Assembly (NCBI GenBank): GCA_046758965.1
Contig: JBHIBG010000046.1
Location: 1 to 20,220, forward strand
Direction: 5' to 3'
Source: Candidatus Methylomirabilia bacterium
GTDB lineage: Bacteria > Methylomirabilota > Methylomirabilia > Rokubacteriales > CSP1-6
DNA length: 20,220 nt
Below the pieces are notes generated by a model. That model did no database searches, was not told the DNA's origin, and saw nothing but the letters and a program-made list of their open reading frames with translations. Both the position numbers and the translations under genes were made by a program. This document shows, piece by piece, positions 18,066-20,220 of this stretch (the stretch's first letter is position 1; every line of letters starts with the position of its first letter).

Positions 18066-19757
18066 ATGCCCGTCAGCCTGCAGAAGAAGATCATCCGCGG
18101 ACACCCCTACTGGTATGCGCGCGAATGCCAACGCGTCAACGGGAAACCTACCATCGTCTGGCAAAAGTACCTCGGAAAGGCCGAAGACATTGCCACGGCC
18201 ATGGGCGCGCCTTCTCAGCCGCCCCAGCCCAAGGAAGTCGTCCTGTGCGACTTCGCGGCCCCGGCCGCCCTGTATGACCTGGCTCAGCAGCTCAATCTCG
18301 GCCCCACCATCGATCGGCACGCCGGCAAACGCCCCCAGGGCGTGAGCGTGGGCACCTACCTCACCCTGGCGGCCCTCAACCGCTGCCTGGCTCCGGCCAG
18401 CAAGGCGCGGCTGGCCGAGTGGTATGAACACACCGTGCTGCGGCGCCTCCTGCCCGTGTCGCCTCGCCGCCTGACCAGCCAGCGCTTCTGGGACCACATG
18501 AGCTACCTGGATGCCGGCAAGATCAGCGCCATCGAACAGGCCCTCACCCGCACCCTGATCGACCGCTTCCAGCTGGATCTCTCCTGCCTGCTCTACGACA
18601 CGACCAACTTCTATACCTTCATCGATAGCTTCAACGAGGCCCCCAGCCTCGCCCAGCGGGGCAAGAGCAAGGAGAAGCGTGCTGACCTGCGCATCGTGGG
18701 CCTGGCGCTGCTGGTGACCCAGGACTCCCACATCCCGCTCTTCCACCACGTCTACCCCGGCAACACCCACGACGCCCCCACCTTCGCGTCCATCACCGAG
18801 ACGCTGGTGGCGCGCTACCGCCTCTTTGCCCAAAGCGTGGAGGGGATCACGCTGGTCTACGACAAGGGCAACAACAGCGCGGACAACCAAGAGCGGGTGG
18901 ATAGCAGCCCCTACCATTTCGTAGGCTCCCTGTGCCCCACGCAGCACCCGGAGCTGATCCGGATCCCCCGATCCCGGTTTCATCCCCTCGCGGGGGAGGA
19001 TCTGGAGGGAGTGCTCGCCTGCCGCACCCGCAAGCACGTCCTGGGCGCCGAGAGAACCCTGCTGATCACTTACAACCCTGAGCTCTTCCTCACTCAGAGC
19101 GCTACCATCCTGCGCGAGGTCCGAAAGCGAACGCGCCAGCTCAAAGTCCTCCAACTCCACCTCGCCCACCCCCCCACAAAGGGCAGGCCCCTCACGGTCG
19201 AGTCGGTCACCAAGCAGGTCCAGGCGCTCCTGACTGGCCGGCATATGAAGGAGCTCCTCCACGTTCAGGTGAGCGAAAAGCACGGCGCCCCCCGCCTGAG
19301 CTATCGCCTGGATCAGCCCGCCTGGAGCCGCCTCCAGCACACTCTTTTGGGCAAGCACATCCTCTTCACCGACCAGGACTCCTGGAGCGACGAAGCCATC
19401 GTGCGGGCCTACCGAGGCCAGTACCATATCGAGGAGGCGTTCAAACGCATGAAGAATCCCCACTTTGTCAGCTGGCGCCCTCTGCACCACTGGACCGACC
19501 AGAAGATCCGCGTCCACGCCTTCTACTGCGTCCTGGCCCTGCTCCTCAGCTCCCTTCTTCGCCGCACCCTCGCCCACAAGGGCATAGAGTTGAGCATCGT
19601 GAAGATGCTCGAGACCCTCTCGAAAATCAAGGAAGTGGTGCTCATCTATCGCGGCCCGCGCAGCACCACGAGCCCGGTCATCAGCTACAGCCAGCTCACC
19701 CCTCTGCAACAGCGCCTCTTCGAAGCCCTCGAGCTGCACCGCTTCCAGTCCGCGTAG
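18066..19757 (+). CDS. IS1634-family DDE transposase
   Basis: N-terminal KKIIRGHPYWYARECQRVNGKP..QKYLG, YDTTNFY, RGKSKEKRADL, VYDKG, YRGQYHIEEAFKRMK, RPLHHWTDQKIRVHAFYC. ATG 18066 is preferred to TTG 18000. Confidence 0.95.
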   Translation: MPVSLQKKIIRGHPYWYARECQRVNGKPTIVWQKYLGKAEDIATAMGAPSQPPQPKEVVLCDFAAPAALYDLAQQLNLGPTIDRHAGKRPQGVSVGTYLTLAALNRCLAPASKARLAEWYEHTVLRRLLPVSPRRLTSQRFWDHMSYLDAGKISAIEQALTRTLIDRFQLDLSCLLYDTTNFYTFIDSFNEAPSLAQRGKSKEKRADLRIVGLALLVTQDSHIPLFHHVYPGNTHDAPTFASITETLVARYRLFAQSVEGITLVYDKGNNSADNQERVDSSPYHFVGSLCPTQHPELIRIPRSRFHPLAGEDLEGVLACRTRKHVLGAERTLLITYNPELFLTQSATILREVRKRTRQLKVLQLHLAHPPTKGRPLTVESVTKQVQALLTGRHMKELLHVQVSEKHGAPRLSYRLDQPAWSRLQHTLLGKHILFTDQDSWSDEAIVRAYRGQYHIEEAFKRMKNPHFVSWRPLHHWTDQKIRVHAFYCVLALLLSSLLRRTLAHKGIELSIVKMLETLSKIKEVVLIYRGPRSTTSPVISYSQLTPLQQRLFEALELHRFQSA

Positions 19758-19842
19758 GTCATACACCTCGACCCGTGTAACCTACGAATCGTAAACAGAA
19801 AATGCCGACTCTCCCGCCGTAACTCGGTAAACTCGGGCTAGG

Positions 19843-20139
19843 ATGTCAAAGATCGTTTGTAAACCATGCCCTCGTTGTGAACGCGGTCACATCCTACCTG
19901 CGTCATACCCTCTGGTGCCCGAGGGGGAAAGGATGGCGTCCCTGCCGCCAGCGCCGGATTACAGCCACCCCTTGGGGAACAGAAACCGTGACGCGCAACC
20001 CCGCGTCAGCACAGAATTTTTCGCGTTTGGTCTGGAACCCGGCTTACAGGCCTTCTCTGGCGCTTTTCTTTGTTTCTCGGTAGTTACGAATCGCTTCACC
20101 ACTCGCGTTGAAGCCCGGGCTTGTCTTACTCGGGGGTGA
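19843..20139 (+). CDS. Possible small Cys-rich hypothetical protein or remnant reading through attR
   Basis: MSKIVCKPCPRCERGHILP has one CxxC knuckle only. It starts 2 bp after the IS1634 target duplication and has no RBS. Confidence 0.25.
   Translation: MSKIVCKPCPRCERGHILPASYPLVPEGERMASLPPAPDYSHPLGNRNRDAQPRVSTEFFAFGLEPGLQAFSGAFLCFSVVTNRFTTRVEARACLTRG
20035..20088 (+). repeat. attR: right copy of the 54-bp direct repeat (displaced rnpB 3' fragment)
   Basis: Identical to 8952-9005. Confidence 0.95.
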
Positions 20140-20220
20140 GCCGGATCACTTCCTCCACAGCGGCAATCCCCTCGACCACCTTCATGAGCCCGGCCGCGCG
20201 GAGGGTCTTCATCCCCTGCC
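20126..20220 (-). CDS. 3' end of a PilB/GspE-family secretion/pilus ATPase (partial)
   Basis: Manual translation ...QGMKTLRAAGLMKVVEGIAAVEEVIRLTPE* matches the conserved C-terminus GMxTLRxxGLxKVxxGxTxxEEVxRV. Confidence 0.85.
   Translation of the reverse strand, partial: QGMKTLRAAGLMKVVEGIAAVEEVIRLTPE

Larger units (their letters stand above)
17833..19837 (+). mobile_element. IS1634-family insertion sequence, 2,005 bp, apparently intact
   Basis: Perfect 15-bp terminal inverted repeats CCCGAGTTTACCGAG (17833-17847) and CTCGGTAAACTCGGG (19823-19837), flanked by CTAG on both sides (17829-17832, 19838-19841). Confidence 0.93.
8952..20088. mobile_element. Degenerate genomic island integrated at the 3' end of rnpB (repeat offset 11,083 bp)
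   Basis: Bounded by 54-bp direct repeats. Contains an integrase-like remnant, an excisionase-like gene, pseudogenes and an IS; core genes lie on both sides. Confidence 0.88.

Noticed and set aside
18060..19766. 568-aa antisense ORF
   Set aside because: Mirror of the IS1634 transposase.
8952..20088. Prophage, ICE or defence island interpretation
   Set aside because: No structural, replication, conjugation, nuclease or toxin genes are visible; the cargo is regulatory.

Overview
High-GC bacterial chromosome segment. The small-protein families and gene order recall Methylomirabilota/Rokubacteria-like genomes, but that is an inference from memory. The left edge holds the 5' part of an rve-type DDE transposase on the minus strand, which the ORF track missed. 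Its repeat-bearing end abuts the sigma70 promoter of a core cluster: rpsU, mutS2, dnaG, rpoD, tRNA(CAU, probably Ile2), a C4 zinc-ribbon protein, RNase HI and rnpB. The 3' end of rnpB is duplicated as a perfect 54-bp direct repeat (8952-9005 and 20035-20088). This repeat brackets an ~11.1-kb decaying island integrated into the RNase P RNA gene. The island carries a 34-codon tyrosine-recombinase-like C-terminal remnant, an excisionase-like HTH gene and a small DRRxxERR protein. It also carries two copies of an XRE-like regulator (282 bp identical) that flank a NarL response regulator and a 1,590-aa TM-CHASE-GAF-GAF-GAF-PAS-GAF-HisKA_3 sensor kinase, plus GAF and receiver pseudogene debris and an intact IS1634 with a CTAG target duplication. 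After the island the chromosome resumes with the 3' end of a PilB/GspE-type ATPase on the minus strand. No CRISPR array or defence system was seen.
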